A stretch of DNA of 64,000 bases, taken from positions 1,220 through 65,219 of the forward strand of contig JAUXTU010000057.1 in the NCBI GenBank assembly GCA_030679145.1, in the 5' to 3' direction. The notes beneath the pieces were generated by a model that saw nothing but the letters and a program-made list of their open reading frames with translations, was not told the DNA's origin and did no database searches. Source of the stretch: Bacteroidota bacterium (GTDB taxonomy: Bacteria; Bacteroidota; Ignavibacteria; UBA10030; UBA8401). The translations under genes were made by a program, and so were the position numbers. Positions 49,166 to 58,070 of this stretch are shown in pieces (position 1 is the first letter of the stretch; the number at the start of each line of letters is the position of its first letter).

Positions 49166-50860
49166 ATGATCAGAGATGAAGATATCCGTTTGTCAAAATT
49201 CCTTTTTACCAAAGGATATATTGATAAGGTGAAGTTTGACAAATTCAACCGGATGATGGCTGAGGCAGAAGCAAAACAATGTGTTGAAGCGCTTGTTGAC
49301 GGGTTAGGTGTGAATGATGAAATTGTTGGTACCGCAATATCCGAAGAATTTAAGATACCATATGTCACCTTATCTTCTTCACTCATCACTTTAAATAGTC
49401 CATCGTTAAAAGAAGATTTTCTAAAAAAATATCAAGCGCTTCCCATTATCCGAAGCGGTGTTGAACTGACAGTTGCTTTTGTAAACCCGCCGTATAAGGA
49501 TGTACTGGATGAAATGCGGCGTGACGCAAAAGTGTTCGTCGTTCCGGTTGCAGTGAAACGCTCTGCATTTGATGCCATTACTAAGAAGGTTAATATTGAA
49601 GAAGTTAATGAATTTCTCCAGATACCTTCTAAAGTTCAATTGGAAACGTTTGATATAAGCAAGCGCAATAAGGAAAAAATAAATGAACTGCTCAAGTCCG
49701 GGAGGTTACCGAATGCCGATGTACTGATCGACGAGATCATCATTACGGCGATCAAAAGTGGAGCAACAGATGTTTATTTTGAGCCAATGGAGCAAGAATT
49801 TCACGTTCGCTATAATATTGACAGTGTTCTTGAACATGCAATCTCGTTGCCCAAAGAAATGACTGAATCATTGTGCAATGTTATGCGTTCCCGCGGCAGC
49901 CTTAATATGTTTGATAAAAAGAAGGCTCAAGACGGACGATATTCTACAAGCTACGGGAAATTCCAGTTTGATATGCGTGTGAGTACATTGCCGACTGTGG
50001 AAGGTGAACGATTCTCAATTCGCATCCTTAAAAAAAATAACCGCATTGTTGATATCAATGAGATTGGATTCTCTCATGAAAATTTATCGCTTGTACGATA
50101 TCTCCTTAATCGACCGCGTGGGCTTCTTGTAATTGCGGGTCCTTCAGCATCCGGCAAAACAACAACAGTGTACGGCTGTATGAATGAACTTAAAGATTCA
50201 CAAAAAAATATTATTACGGTAGAAAACCCTGTTGAATATCGTTTGGAATTTGCAAGTCAAGTTCAGGTTGATGTTGATCAGAAATTAGATTATGCATCAT
50301 CGATGAGGGCAGTATTGCGCCAGCATCCGGATCTGATCTTTCTTGGTGAGATACGGGACGCTGAAGCCGGAAGCGCCGCAGCCGAAGCGGCATTAACCGG
50401 AACAATGGTTGTTACTACCATTCTTTCCAGTGATGCGCTTTCATGCATTCCAAGAATGACAAATTTTGGAATTCCTCCTTCGTGGCTTGCGTCAACCTTG
50501 AACGGAATTATTTATCAACAGTTGGTCCGTAAAATTTGCACTCATTGCAAAGAGAGGTATAAACCGACCAAACACATGTTGAATGCCGCCGGTCTTCATC
50601 AGTTAGAAGATTCGATCATGTTATATCGCGGTGCCGGATGCGAAGTATGCGGAGGTGACGGACATTTGGGAAGAACGGCAATCCATGAAATATTGGTTGT
50701 TGATGAAGAGCTAAAAGATTTGATCTTCCATCAAGCATCTCCGGTAAAAGTAAAAGAAGCTGCAACTAAAAAAGGATTTGAGTCTATACGATTTGATGCC
50801 GTTAAGAAACTGGTTTCGGGTGTCATTGCACTTGAAGAATATTTACGAGTGATTGGGTAA
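49166..50860 (+). CDS. PilB/GspE-family ATPase, module 2 (divergent His boxes)
   Basis: AQDGR, GPSASGKTTTVY, RQHPDLIFLGEIRD, GTMVVTTILSS, C..C/C..C. Confidence 0.88.
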   Translation: MIRDEDIRLSKFLFTKGYIDKVKFDKFNRMMAEAEAKQCVEALVDGLGVNDEIVGTAISEEFKIPYVTLSSSLITLNSPSLKEDFLKKYQALPIIRSGVELTVAFVNPPYKDVLDEMRRDAKVFVVPVAVKRSAFDAITKKVNIEEVNEFLQIPSKVQLETFDISKRNKEKINELLKSGRLPNADVLIDEIIITAIKSGATDVYFEPMEQEFHVRYNIDSVLEHAISLPKEMTESLCNVMRSRGSLNMFDKKKAQDGRYSTSYGKFQFDMRVSTLPTVEGERFSIRILKKNNRIVDINEIGFSHENLSLVRYLLNRPRGLLVIAGPSASGKTTTVYGCMNELKDSQKNIITVENPVEYRLEFASQVQVDVDQKLDYASSMRAVLRQHPDLIFLGEIRDAEAGSAAAEAALTGTMVVTTILSSDALSCIPRMTNFGIPPSWLASTLNGIIYQQLVRKICTHCKERYKPTKHMLNAAGLHQLEDSIMLYRGAGCEVCGGDGHLGRTAIHEILVVDEELKDLIFHQASPVKVKEAATKKGFESIRFDAVKKLVSGVIALEEYLRVIG

Positions 50861-50883
50861 AAACACGCAAATAGTAAAATTTG

Positions 50884-50911
50884 GGGACGCTCAGAAAGAG
50901 CGTCCCTTTTT
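50884..50911 (+). terminator. Terminator after the second ATPase gene
   Basis: GGGACGCTC-AGAAA-GAGCGTCCC-TTTTT. Confidence 0.75.
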
Positions 50912-50925
50912 ATTTAATGAACTAT

Positions 50926-51870
50926 ATGAATAGAACTGATCGATTATTTGCAATCCTTCTCTATATCCAATCCAATCCTCGATGTCGTGCAGAAGATTTA
51001 GCGAACCGATTTGATATTACTAAGCGGACAGTCTATCGAGATATTTCCGCATTGATGGAAGCTGATGTCCCCGTCATCGGAAAAGCGGGGGAAGGATATT
51101 CAATTGAAGATGGATATTTTCTTCCACCAGTCAGTTTTACAAAGGATGAAGCATTATTACTGATCCTCGGTGCAGATGCTGTGGGACAGCATTTTGATGC
51201 GCAGTATAAAAAAGCGGCACGTTCTGCAGAGAACAAAATTCATGCATCACTTTCAAAAGACCTTAAAAAAGAGGTTGCGTATTTGAAAAGTTATATCAGT
51301 TTTTTTTCCGGCATTAACAGTGAGAAAGGAAAACTGAACGATGCAATGCAGAAGATTCGCCGCGCAATTATGGAAAAGAAAAGTCTTGCATTCCGGTATT
51401 ATAAACGATATTCAGATACCACTGAGCCAATGGTGCGTGAGGTCGATCCGTATGCGGTGATGAACTTTTACGGCAATTGGGCAATGTCCGGTTATGATCA
51501 CCTTCGAAAGGATCTGCGAATGTTCCGGTTGGATAGAATGGAAACAGTGATGGTAACTTCTAAAGCATTTGAACGCCCGAAGAACTTCCGTTTTTCACAA
51601 TTGGCAAAAGAAGATCAATCACAGAAATTTATTTATCAAGTAAAAATTTCGCGTGACATTTTTCGATGGGTAAAAGAACAGCCGCCGTATAAGATCATCA
51701 AGACTCAAACAAAAAAGGATCACGTCATTCTTACGATTGAATCCTCAAATGAAAATTCAATCATTACCTGGCTGATTCGGTGGGGTGATAAAGCTGAGGC
51801 ACTCTCTCCCTCAACATTTCGCGAGAATGTAAAATCTACCCTCTCTAAACTTCTTACAATCTACAAATAA
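50926..51870 (+). CDS. YafY-family HTH-WYL transcriptional regulator
   Basis: MNRTDRL, TKRTVYRDISAL, GEGY, LPPVSFT.DEA, WYL domain (R.VDPY...W...GYDHLRKD.RMFRLDRM); start moved to ATG 50926. Confidence 0.92.
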   Translation: MNRTDRLFAILLYIQSNPRCRAEDLANRFDITKRTVYRDISALMEADVPVIGKAGEGYSIEDGYFLPPVSFTKDEALLLILGADAVGQHFDAQYKKAARSAENKIHASLSKDLKKEVAYLKSYISFFSGINSEKGKLNDAMQKIRRAIMEKKSLAFRYYKRYSDTTEPMVREVDPYAVMNFYGNWAMSGYDHLRKDLRMFRLDRMETVMVTSKAFERPKNFRFSQLAKEDQSQKFIYQVKISRDIFRWVKEQPPYKIIKTQTKKDHVILTIESSNENSIITWLIRWGDKAEALSPSTFRENVKSTLSKLLTIYK

Positions 51871-51906
51871 AGCTCCTTTTCGATTATTTAAAAAGCCTGT
51901 TTCCTG

Positions 51907-51940
51907 CTGACATAGGGTTGTCACACCCCTGTTGTAACTT
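51907..51940 (+). promoter_or_regulatory. Candidate WYL-regulator operator 1 plus -10 box
   Basis: CTGACATAGGGTTGTCACA(51907-25); TAACTT 9 nt downstream. Confidence 0.6.
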
Positions 51941-51976
51941 TATGGTGTCATTTCAAACAAACCGACGGAGGAAATA

Positions 51977-52093
51977 ATGCTATACATAAAAATCCCATTA
52001 GCCCTAGCATATCTCATTCGTAAAATTGCGATTGGGATGACCACTCAAAATAATTATACACAAAGGATGTGGTATGAAAAAAATCGATTATAA
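51977..52093 (+). CDS. Possible 38-aa small protein (below the ORF-track cutoff)
   Basis: GGAGG RBS at 51967-71; MLYIKIPLALAYLIRKIAIGMTTQNNYTQRMWYEKNRL*; overlaps the next start. Confidence 0.35.
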   Translation: MLYIKIPLALAYLIRKIAIGMTTQNNYTQRMWYEKNRL

Positions 52094-52685
52094 AAAAGAA
52101 TTACGTTCTCTTTACGCTCCGTCATCAAAAGAGATTTCCATTGTTGATGTTCCGGCAATGAATTACGTGATGATAGACGGAAAAGGTGACCCGAACACAG
52201 CAAAAGAATATACCGAAGCAATTGAAGCATTATACTCCCTTTCGTACACAATGAAATTTATGGTTAAGAAAGATAAGCCTGGAATTAATTACGGCGTATT
52301 ACCATTGGAAGGATTATGGTGGGTTCCGAATATGGAGGAGTTTAGTGCGCAGCGCAAAGATGATTGGTTCTGGACCGCAATGATTATGCAGCCGGAAGTG
52401 ATAACAAAAGAGATTTTCCGTACCGCGATTGAATCTGTGCGTAAGAAAAAGAATCTTGCTGCAATTGAGAAGGTAAGGTTTGAAAGTTATATTGAGGGAA
52501 AATGTTCGCAGATATTATATTTCGGACATTATAGCGATGAAACTTCAACAATTGCACTGCTGCATAACTTTATTGCTGAAAAAGGATATAAGCGTCACGG
52601 AAAACATCATGAAATTTATTTGAACGATCCGCGAAAAACTGCGGCTGCGAAATTAAAAACAATTATTCGACAGCCGATGCAATAA
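52074..52685 (+). CDS. GyrI-like small-molecule-binding domain protein
   Basis: MIDGKGDPN, AIEALYSLSY, PLEGLWW, W.WTAMI.QP, GKHHEIYLNDPRK. Confidence 0.88.
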   Translation: MKKIDYKKELRSLYAPSSKEISIVDVPAMNYVMIDGKGDPNTAKEYTEAIEALYSLSYTMKFMVKKDKPGINYGVLPLEGLWWVPNMEEFSAQRKDDWFWTAMIMQPEVITKEIFRTAIESVRKKKNLAAIEKVRFESYIEGKCSQILYFGHYSDETSTIALLHNFIAEKGYKRHGKHHEIYLNDPRKTAAAKLKTIIRQPMQ

Positions 52686-52696
52686 ACTTTATGCTA

Positions 52697-52730
52697 CTGA
52701 CATATTGTGGTCACAATTCAATACTATATT
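52697..52730 (+). promoter_or_regulatory. Candidate WYL-regulator operator 2 plus -10 box
   Basis: CTGACATATTGTGGTCACA(52697-715); TATATT 9 nt downstream, the same spacing as site 1. Confidence 0.6.
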
Positions 52731-52768
52731 TACACCAATAAACACCTAATTATCACAAAGGAGAAATA

Positions 52769-53077
52769 ATGCAATCACCCGTTTTTGAAGTTGTCGTATA
52801 TAAAGTACAAGAGGAGAAGCTTAATGCTTTTCTGCAACAGCAACCATTAGCACATAACGCGATCAAACAATTCAAAGGTTTCAAATCATTACATTCACTT
52901 CGTTCATTGGAATCACCCAATACATTTGTCGATTACTGTGAATGGGAATCACACGAAGACGCAGTAAAGGCGAATGAATTGGCAATGAACGCTCCGGAGT
53001 TAAAAATGTTTTTTGAACTTGGAGATGGGGTTATTACATTCGGTCATTATACCTCGGGATTGTTGACAAAGGTTTAA
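52769..53077 (+). CDS. Antibiotic biosynthesis monooxygenase-like dimeric alpha/beta-barrel protein
   Basis: FEVVVYKV, FKGF, FVDY.EWES.EDA. Confidence 0.7.
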   Translation: MQSPVFEVVVYKVQEEKLNAFLQQQPLAHNAIKQFKGFKSLHSLRSLESPNTFVDYCEWESHEDAVKANELAMNAPELKMFFELGDGVITFGHYTSGLLTKV

Positions 53078-53123
53078 CGATATTTTTTAATGCAGCGAGA
53101 ATAATACGGATATTGTAAGAAAG

Positions 53124-53642
53124 GTGATCCTATATATTGCCACAAGTCTTGACGGGTATATCGCCCGTCAAGACGGTGATATTGGTTGGCTCTCATTGGT
53201 AGAGCAGACGGGAGAAGATTATGGATATAACGACTTCATTGCGACAGTTGATACGGTGATCCTTGGCAGAAAGACATACGATAAAGTATTGTCGTTTGGA
53301 ATTGGATTCCCGCATGCGGATAAAGAATGTTATGTGATTACCAGAAGTGAAATTCCGCCGAAAGATAAGATCACTTTCTATAATAAGGATATTAAGGAAT
53401 TGGTTAAAATCCTTAAAAGTAAAACGGGCAAAAATATTTTTGTTGACGGCGGAGCTGAGATCGTTAATGAATTGATGAGACAAAATTTAATTGACGAATA
53501 TATCATCTCGATCATACCAATAGTGTTGGGAGATGGAATTCGTTTATTCAATGGATCGCGTCCGGAGGGGAAAATAACGCTGATCAATTCCAAACAATAT
53601 GAATCGGGATTACTGCAGCTTCATTATTGTAAAGTTCAATAA
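53124..53642 (+). CDS. Dihydrofolate reductase/RibD C-terminal family protein
   Basis: LYIATSLDGYIA, ILGRKTY, IFVDGGA, LIDEY..SIIP.VLGDGIRLF. Confidence 0.9.
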   Translation: MILYIATSLDGYIARQDGDIGWLSLVEQTGEDYGYNDFIATVDTVILGRKTYDKVLSFGIGFPHADKECYVITRSEIPPKDKITFYNKDIKELVKILKSKTGKNIFVDGGAEIVNELMRQNLIDEYIISIIPIVLGDGIRLFNGSRPEGKITLINSKQYESGLLQLHYCKVQ

Positions 53643-53667
53643 TTAATACTTTCGTAAGGGAGTAACT

Positions 53668-54042
53668 ATGGAAACACTGACACCAAATATTTTTGTGAAG
53701 GATATGAATCGAACCATTGAATTCTATACAATGCTTGGGTTTACCGTTACACTCTCTGTTCCAGAAAAAGGAGAATATGACTGGGTAATGATGACGAACG
53801 GAAGCGTTACGATGATGTTCCAAACCTTTGCAAATCTGGGCTCGGAATTGCCGGATGTGAAACGCTCCAATGGTGGATCGTTGATTTTCTACATCAAAAT
53901 GAAACAGATCCGCTCTTTTTTTGAATCGATCAAAGGTAAAGTGTACGTGGTTCAGGAAATTCACAAAACATTCTATGGTGCCACAGAATTCGCCATCAAG
54001 GATTGTAATGATTATATTCTTACGTTTGCTGAAGATGAATAA
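53668..54042 (+). CDS. VOC/glyoxalase-bleomycin resistance family protein
   Basis: LTPNIFV.DMNRTIEFY..LGF, TFYGATEFAIKD.NDYILTF. Confidence 0.88.
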   Translation: METLTPNIFVKDMNRTIEFYTMLGFTVTLSVPEKGEYDWVMMTNGSVTMMFQTFANLGSELPDVKRSNGGSLIFYIKMKQIRSFFESIKGKVYVVQEIHKTFYGATEFAIKDCNDYILTFAEDE

Positions 54043-54067
54043 AATATTTTACTAAAAAGGAAAATCT

Positions 54068-54625
54068 ATGAATAAACATCGATGTGCTTGGTCAGGAACC
54101 GATCCCTTATACAATTTGTATCACGATACTGAATGGGGCATTCCTGTTCACGATGACAAGAAATTATTTGAAATGTTGAATCTTGAAGGAGCGCAAGCTG
54201 GATTAAGTTGGATCACGATCCTGCGCAAAAGGGAAAATTACCGAAAGGCATTTGATAATTTCGATCCCAAGAAGATCGTAAAATATAATGCTAAGAAAAT
54301 TTTATCGTTGATGAAGAATGAAGGAATCGTTCGGAATCGGTTAAAGATTCATTCTGTTGTATCGAATGCAAAAGCATTTTTAGATGTGCAGAAAGAATTC
54401 GGGAGTTTTGACAGCTACATTTGGCAATTCGTTGGAGGAAAACCGATTGTGAACAAACGAAAATCGATTAAAGATATTCCCCCAAAGACGATTGAAGCGG
54501 AAGCAATGAGCAAAGACTTAAAGAAACGCGGCTTTCGTTTCGTTGGTCCAACAATTTGTTATGCGTTTATGCAGGCGTGCGGACTGGTGAATGATCATGA
54601 AGTGAAGTGTTTTCGGTATAAATGA
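54068..54625 (+). CDS. tag: DNA-3-methyladenine glycosylase I
   Basis: RC.W, YHDTEWG.P, LE..QAGLSW.TIL.KR, RNRLKI, FVGPTICYAFMQACG.VNDH..C. Confidence 0.95.
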   Translation: MNKHRCAWSGTDPLYNLYHDTEWGIPVHDDKKLFEMLNLEGAQAGLSWITILRKRENYRKAFDNFDPKKIVKYNAKKILSLMKNEGIVRNRLKIHSVVSNAKAFLDVQKEFGSFDSYIWQFVGGKPIVNKRKSIKDIPPKTIEAEAMSKDLKKRGFRFVGPTICYAFMQACGLVNDHEVKCFRYK

Positions 54626-54679
54626 GGATAATGAAATAATCCGCTTTTCTTGAAACTCTCCAAAAAATTGCGCATTTTC

Positions 54680-54710
54680 AAATAGGGACGTCACATGCGC
54701 CCCTATTTTT
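54680..54710. terminator. Hairpin between tag and hisB
   Basis: AATAGGGACG...CGCCCTATT followed by a T-run. Confidence 0.45.
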
Positions 54711-54713
54711 CTT

Positions 54714-55298
54714 ATGCGAAAATCAAAAATTAAACGAAAAACCAAAGAAACGGATATTTTAGTCTCCGTTGAATTGAATGGAAGCGGAAAATCTTCCATC
54801 AACACAGGAATTGGATTCCTTGACCACATGCTCGATCTTTTTGCCAAACATGGAATGTTCGATCTGACCGTTGTCTGTAAAGGGGATCTCCATGTGGATG
54901 ATCATCACACGACGGAAGATGTCGGCATTGCAATGGCAAAAGCATTTGCTACCGCTCTTGGAGATAAAAAGGGAATTGCGCGATACGGAATGTCTTATGT
55001 TCCAATGGATGAATCTCTTGCCCGATGCGTTGTAGACCTGAGCGGTCGTTCTGCGCTGGTTTTTCATGCAGAATTCAACAGAAAAAAAGTGGGCGATCTT
55101 TCAACGGAAATGATCGAGCATTTCTTTCTTTCATTTGCCGAAAATTTGAAAGCAAATATCCACATTGAAGTGTTGTACGGAAAGAATACTCATCATAAGA
55201 TAGAAGCGATTTATAAATCGTTCGCCCGCGCAATGCGTCAGGCATGTGAAGTTGATCCACGTGTAAAGGGAGTGCTTTCGACTAAAGGAAAACTGTAA
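54714..55298 (+). CDS. hisB: Imidazoleglycerol-phosphate dehydratase
   Basis: TGIGFLDHML, DDHHTTED, VPMDE, N.HHKIEA, STKG. Confidence 0.96.
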   Translation: MRKSKIKRKTKETDILVSVELNGSGKSSINTGIGFLDHMLDLFAKHGMFDLTVVCKGDLHVDDHHTTEDVGIAMAKAFATALGDKKGIARYGMSYVPMDESLARCVVDLSGRSALVFHAEFNRKKVGDLSTEMIEHFFLSFAENLKANIHIEVLYGKNTHHKIEAIYKSFARAMRQACEVDPRVKGVLSTKGKL

Positions 55299-55387
55299 TC
55301 AATGAATAATGAACAATTATCAATTACCAATAAGAGTTGTCAATTAGAGTTCTGTGGTAATTGTTTATTGGTGACTGGTAATTGAAC

Positions 55388-55984
55388 ATGATTGGTATAA
55401 TAGATTATCATTTAAATAATTTACGTTCAGTACAAAAAGCGTTCGAGAAGGTTGGTGCTGAATCATTCATTTCGGATAATGCTGCGGAACTTCGGAAAGC
55501 AGATAAGTTAATTCTTCCCGGCGTTGGAGCATTTGGTCAGGCGATGCTGAATCTGCAGTCGCTTGGATTGGATACGGTAGTGAAAGAGCATGCAGCATCC
55601 GGGAAATATCTTTTGGGAATTTGTCTTGGAATGCAATTGCTTTTTACTAAGAGTTATGAGCTTGGTGATTTCAACGGATTGAATTTGGTGAATGGTGAGG
55701 TAAAGATATTCCCTTCAACGGTCAAAGTTCCGCATATGGGATGGAATCAAGTAGAGATCGTCCGACAATCGCCAATCTTGAACGGAGTTGAGGAAAAGAG
55801 TTTTGTGTACTTTGTCCATTCCTATTTTGTAGAGCCAAAAGAAAATGTAACGTTGACGCAGACAGATTATGGCTTCAAATTTACGTCGATCATAGAGCAA
55901 AATAATATCTTCGGGATTCAATTTCATCCCGAGAAGAGTCAAACAACAGGTCTACAGTTGTTAAAAAATTTTTCCAAACTATAA
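55388..55984 (+). CDS. hisH: Imidazole glycerol phosphate synthase, glutaminase subunit
   Basis: LPGVGAF, GICLGMQ, VPHMGWN, YFVHSY, QFHPEKS. Confidence 0.96.
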   Translation: MIGIIDYHLNNLRSVQKAFEKVGAESFISDNAAELRKADKLILPGVGAFGQAMLNLQSLGLDTVVKEHAASGKYLLGICLGMQLLFTKSYELGDFNGLNLVNGEVKIFPSTVKVPHMGWNQVEIVRQSPILNGVEEKSFVYFVHSYFVEPKENVTLTQTDYGFKFTSIIEQNNIFGIQFHPEKSQTTGLQLLKNFSKL

Positions 55985-55992
55985 TAATTAAA

Positions 55993-56073
55993 TCATTCTT
56001 GCAATACGGAATCTTTGTCACGCCTGTGAACGCTGTCATCCAGTGTTTGGATTCCGGCTTCCACCGGAATGAC
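55993..56073. repeat. REP-like palindromic element (degenerate)
   Basis: GTCACGCC...TCATCCAG...TGGATTCCGGCTTCCACCGGAATGAC; same GTCA...ATGAC frame as the 45.8 kb element. Confidence 0.5.
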
Positions 56074-56111
56074 AATTCAATAAATAGTATCTGAATCTTA
56101 AAGAGCTAATA

Positions 56112-56876
56112 ATGTTACTTATTTTACCAGCAATTGATATAAAAGACGGACGGTGTGTCCGTTTAGTACAAGGTGTTTCCGGTACGGAAAAGATTTATTC
56201 CGATGATCCGGTGCAGATGGCAATTCTGTGGCGCGGAGAAAATGCAAAAACGATCCACGTAGTTGATCTTGACGGAGCATTCGGCGGAGAGATGAAGAAT
56301 CTTGACGTGCTTCGGAGGATGATGAAAGCGGTCGATATTCCAATTCAAATTGGCGGCGGAATTCGTACATATAGTCAGGTGAATCAATTATTTGAAATTG
56401 GTGTATACCGCGTTGTTCTTGGAACCGCCGCAATAGATGACCCTGAACTTGTGGTAAAGTGTGTGAAAGATTTTGGTGCGCGAAGAGTTGTTGTTGGTAT
56501 TGACGCAAAGAATGGCGTCGTGATGACAAAAGGTTGGAAAGAAAATACTGGTATTGAAGCAGTTTCGCTTGCGTTAAATATGAAAGCGCTTGGTGTCTGC
56601 CGTGTTGTGTACACGGATATCTCCCGCGACGGAATGCTCACCGGACCGAATTATGAAGCAATGCAGATAATGGCGCAAAAAACAGGCTTGCGTATTACAG
56701 CATCGGGTGGTGTTTCAGGATACCAGGACCTGATCAAATTACAGGAATTGGAAAAATACGGAGTTGATTCTGTTATTGTAGGAAAAGCACTGTATGAAAA
56801 TCGATTCTCCTGCCAGGCATTGTGGAGAGAGAATGAAAAAGAATTGGACAATCTAGGACCGACGAGAAGAATATAG
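56112..56876 (+). CDS. hisA: ProFAR isomerase
   Basis: PAIDIKDGRCVRL, HVVDLDGA, QIGGGIR, YTDISRDG.L.G, ASGG. Confidence 0.96.
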   Translation: MLLILPAIDIKDGRCVRLVQGVSGTEKIYSDDPVQMAILWRGENAKTIHVVDLDGAFGGEMKNLDVLRRMMKAVDIPIQIGGGIRTYSQVNQLFEIGVYRVVLGTAAIDDPELVVKCVKDFGARRVVVGIDAKNGVVMTKGWKENTGIEAVSLALNMKALGVCRVVYTDISRDGMLTGPNYEAMQIMAQKTGLRITASGGVSGYQDLIKLQELEKYGVDSVIVGKALYENRFSCQALWRENEKELDNLGPTRRI

Positions 56877-57635
56877 ATGCTCGCAAAACGAATTATTCCG
56901 TGTTTAGATGTTGATAAAGGGAGAGTTGTTAAAGGAACGAACTTTCTTGAGTTGATCGATGCCGGCGATCCTATTGAACAAGCAAAGTTTTACGATAGAG
57001 AAGGTGCAGACGAACTGATCTTTCTTGATATCACAGCATCATCCGATAATCGTTCTACAATGATCGATGTTGTTCGGCGAACAGCGGAAGAAGTGTCAAT
57101 TCCATTTACCATTGGCGGAGGAATTCGCACAACGGATGATATGCGTGAAATGCTGAGGAGTGGTGCCGATAAAGTGAGCATCAATACTGCCGCTGTGAAA
57201 AATTCACAAATCATCAATAATGGCGCTGAAAATTTCGGTGTGCAATGTATTGTTGTAGCGATTGATGCTAAAAAAATTGCAGACGATAAATGGAAAGTAT
57301 TTATCCACGGCGGACGAACAGAAACTGAACTCGATGTCATTGAATGGGCGCAAGAATGTGAACAACGTGGTGCGGGTGAAATTCTATTGACAAGCATGGA
57401 CCGTGATGGAACAAAAGATGGTTACGATATTACGCTATTGAAAAAAGTTACCAATGCAGTAAGAATTCCGGTGATTGCAAGTGGCGGCGCTGGTACGTTG
57501 GAACATTTATACTATGCATTCAATGATGCAGATGTTGATGCTGTCCTCGCGGCATCCATTTTTCATTTCCGTCAATTTACGATCAAACAAGCAAAAGAAT
57601 TTTTGCGCTCTAAAAATATTTTAGTGAGAACATAA
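56877..57635 (+). CDS. hisF: Imidazole glycerol phosphate synthase, cyclase subunit
   Basis: [46 protein letters not shown]. Confidence 0.97.
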   Translation: MLAKRIIPCLDVDKGRVVKGTNFLELIDAGDPIEQAKFYDREGADELIFLDITASSDNRSTMIDVVRRTAEEVSIPFTIGGGIRTTDDMREMLRSGADKVSINTAAVKNSQIINNGAENFGVQCIVVAIDAKKIADDKWKVFIHGGRTETELDVIEWAQECEQRGAGEILLTSMDRDGTKDGYDITLLKKVTNAVRIPVIASGGAGTLEHLYYAFNDADVDAVLAASIFHFRQFTIKQAKEFLRSKNILVRT

Positions 57636-57639
57636 GGAG

Positions 57640-57668
57640 ATGGCCGTCACCTTGATGGTGACGGTCAT
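57640..57668. other. Intergenic stem-loop between hisF and hisI
   Basis: ATGGCCGTCACC-TTGAT-GGTGACGGTCAT. Confidence 0.5.
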
Positions 57669-57680
57669 TTTAAGAAAAAA

Positions 57681-58070
57681 ATGAAACTACTTGACGATGT
57701 CAAATACGATTCCAACGGACTCATTCCTGCAATTGCACAGGATGATAAGACAGGTGATATCTTAATGATGGCATGGATGAATCGTGAGAGTCTGGAAGAA
57801 ACGGTGAAGACGAATCGTGCAGTCTATTTCAGCCGCTCGCGCAAAAAGTTATGGCACAAAGGTGAAGAATCCGGTAATATTCAGGAAGTCAAATCAATCC
57901 ATATTGATTGTGATGCGGACGTGATTCTTCTTCGAGTGCATCAGGTCGGCGATGCAGCATGCCATACCGGACATCGTACGTGTTTCTACCGCGAAGTTAC
58001 AGAAGGCGGAAATGGTTACAGAGAAAAGAGCGATATTGTATTCGATCCGAAAGAAGTTTATAAAAAATGA
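57681..58070 (+). CDS. hisI: Phosphoribosyl-AMP cyclohydrolase (monofunctional)
   Basis: YFSRSR..LW.KGEESG, DCDAD, ACHTG..TCF. Confidence 0.95.
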   Translation: MKLLDDVKYDSNGLIPAIAQDDKTGDILMMAWMNRESLEETVKTNRAVYFSRSRKKLWHKGEESGNIQEVKSIHIDCDADVILLRVHQVGDAACHTGHRTCFYREVTEGGNGYREKSDIVFDPKEVYKK

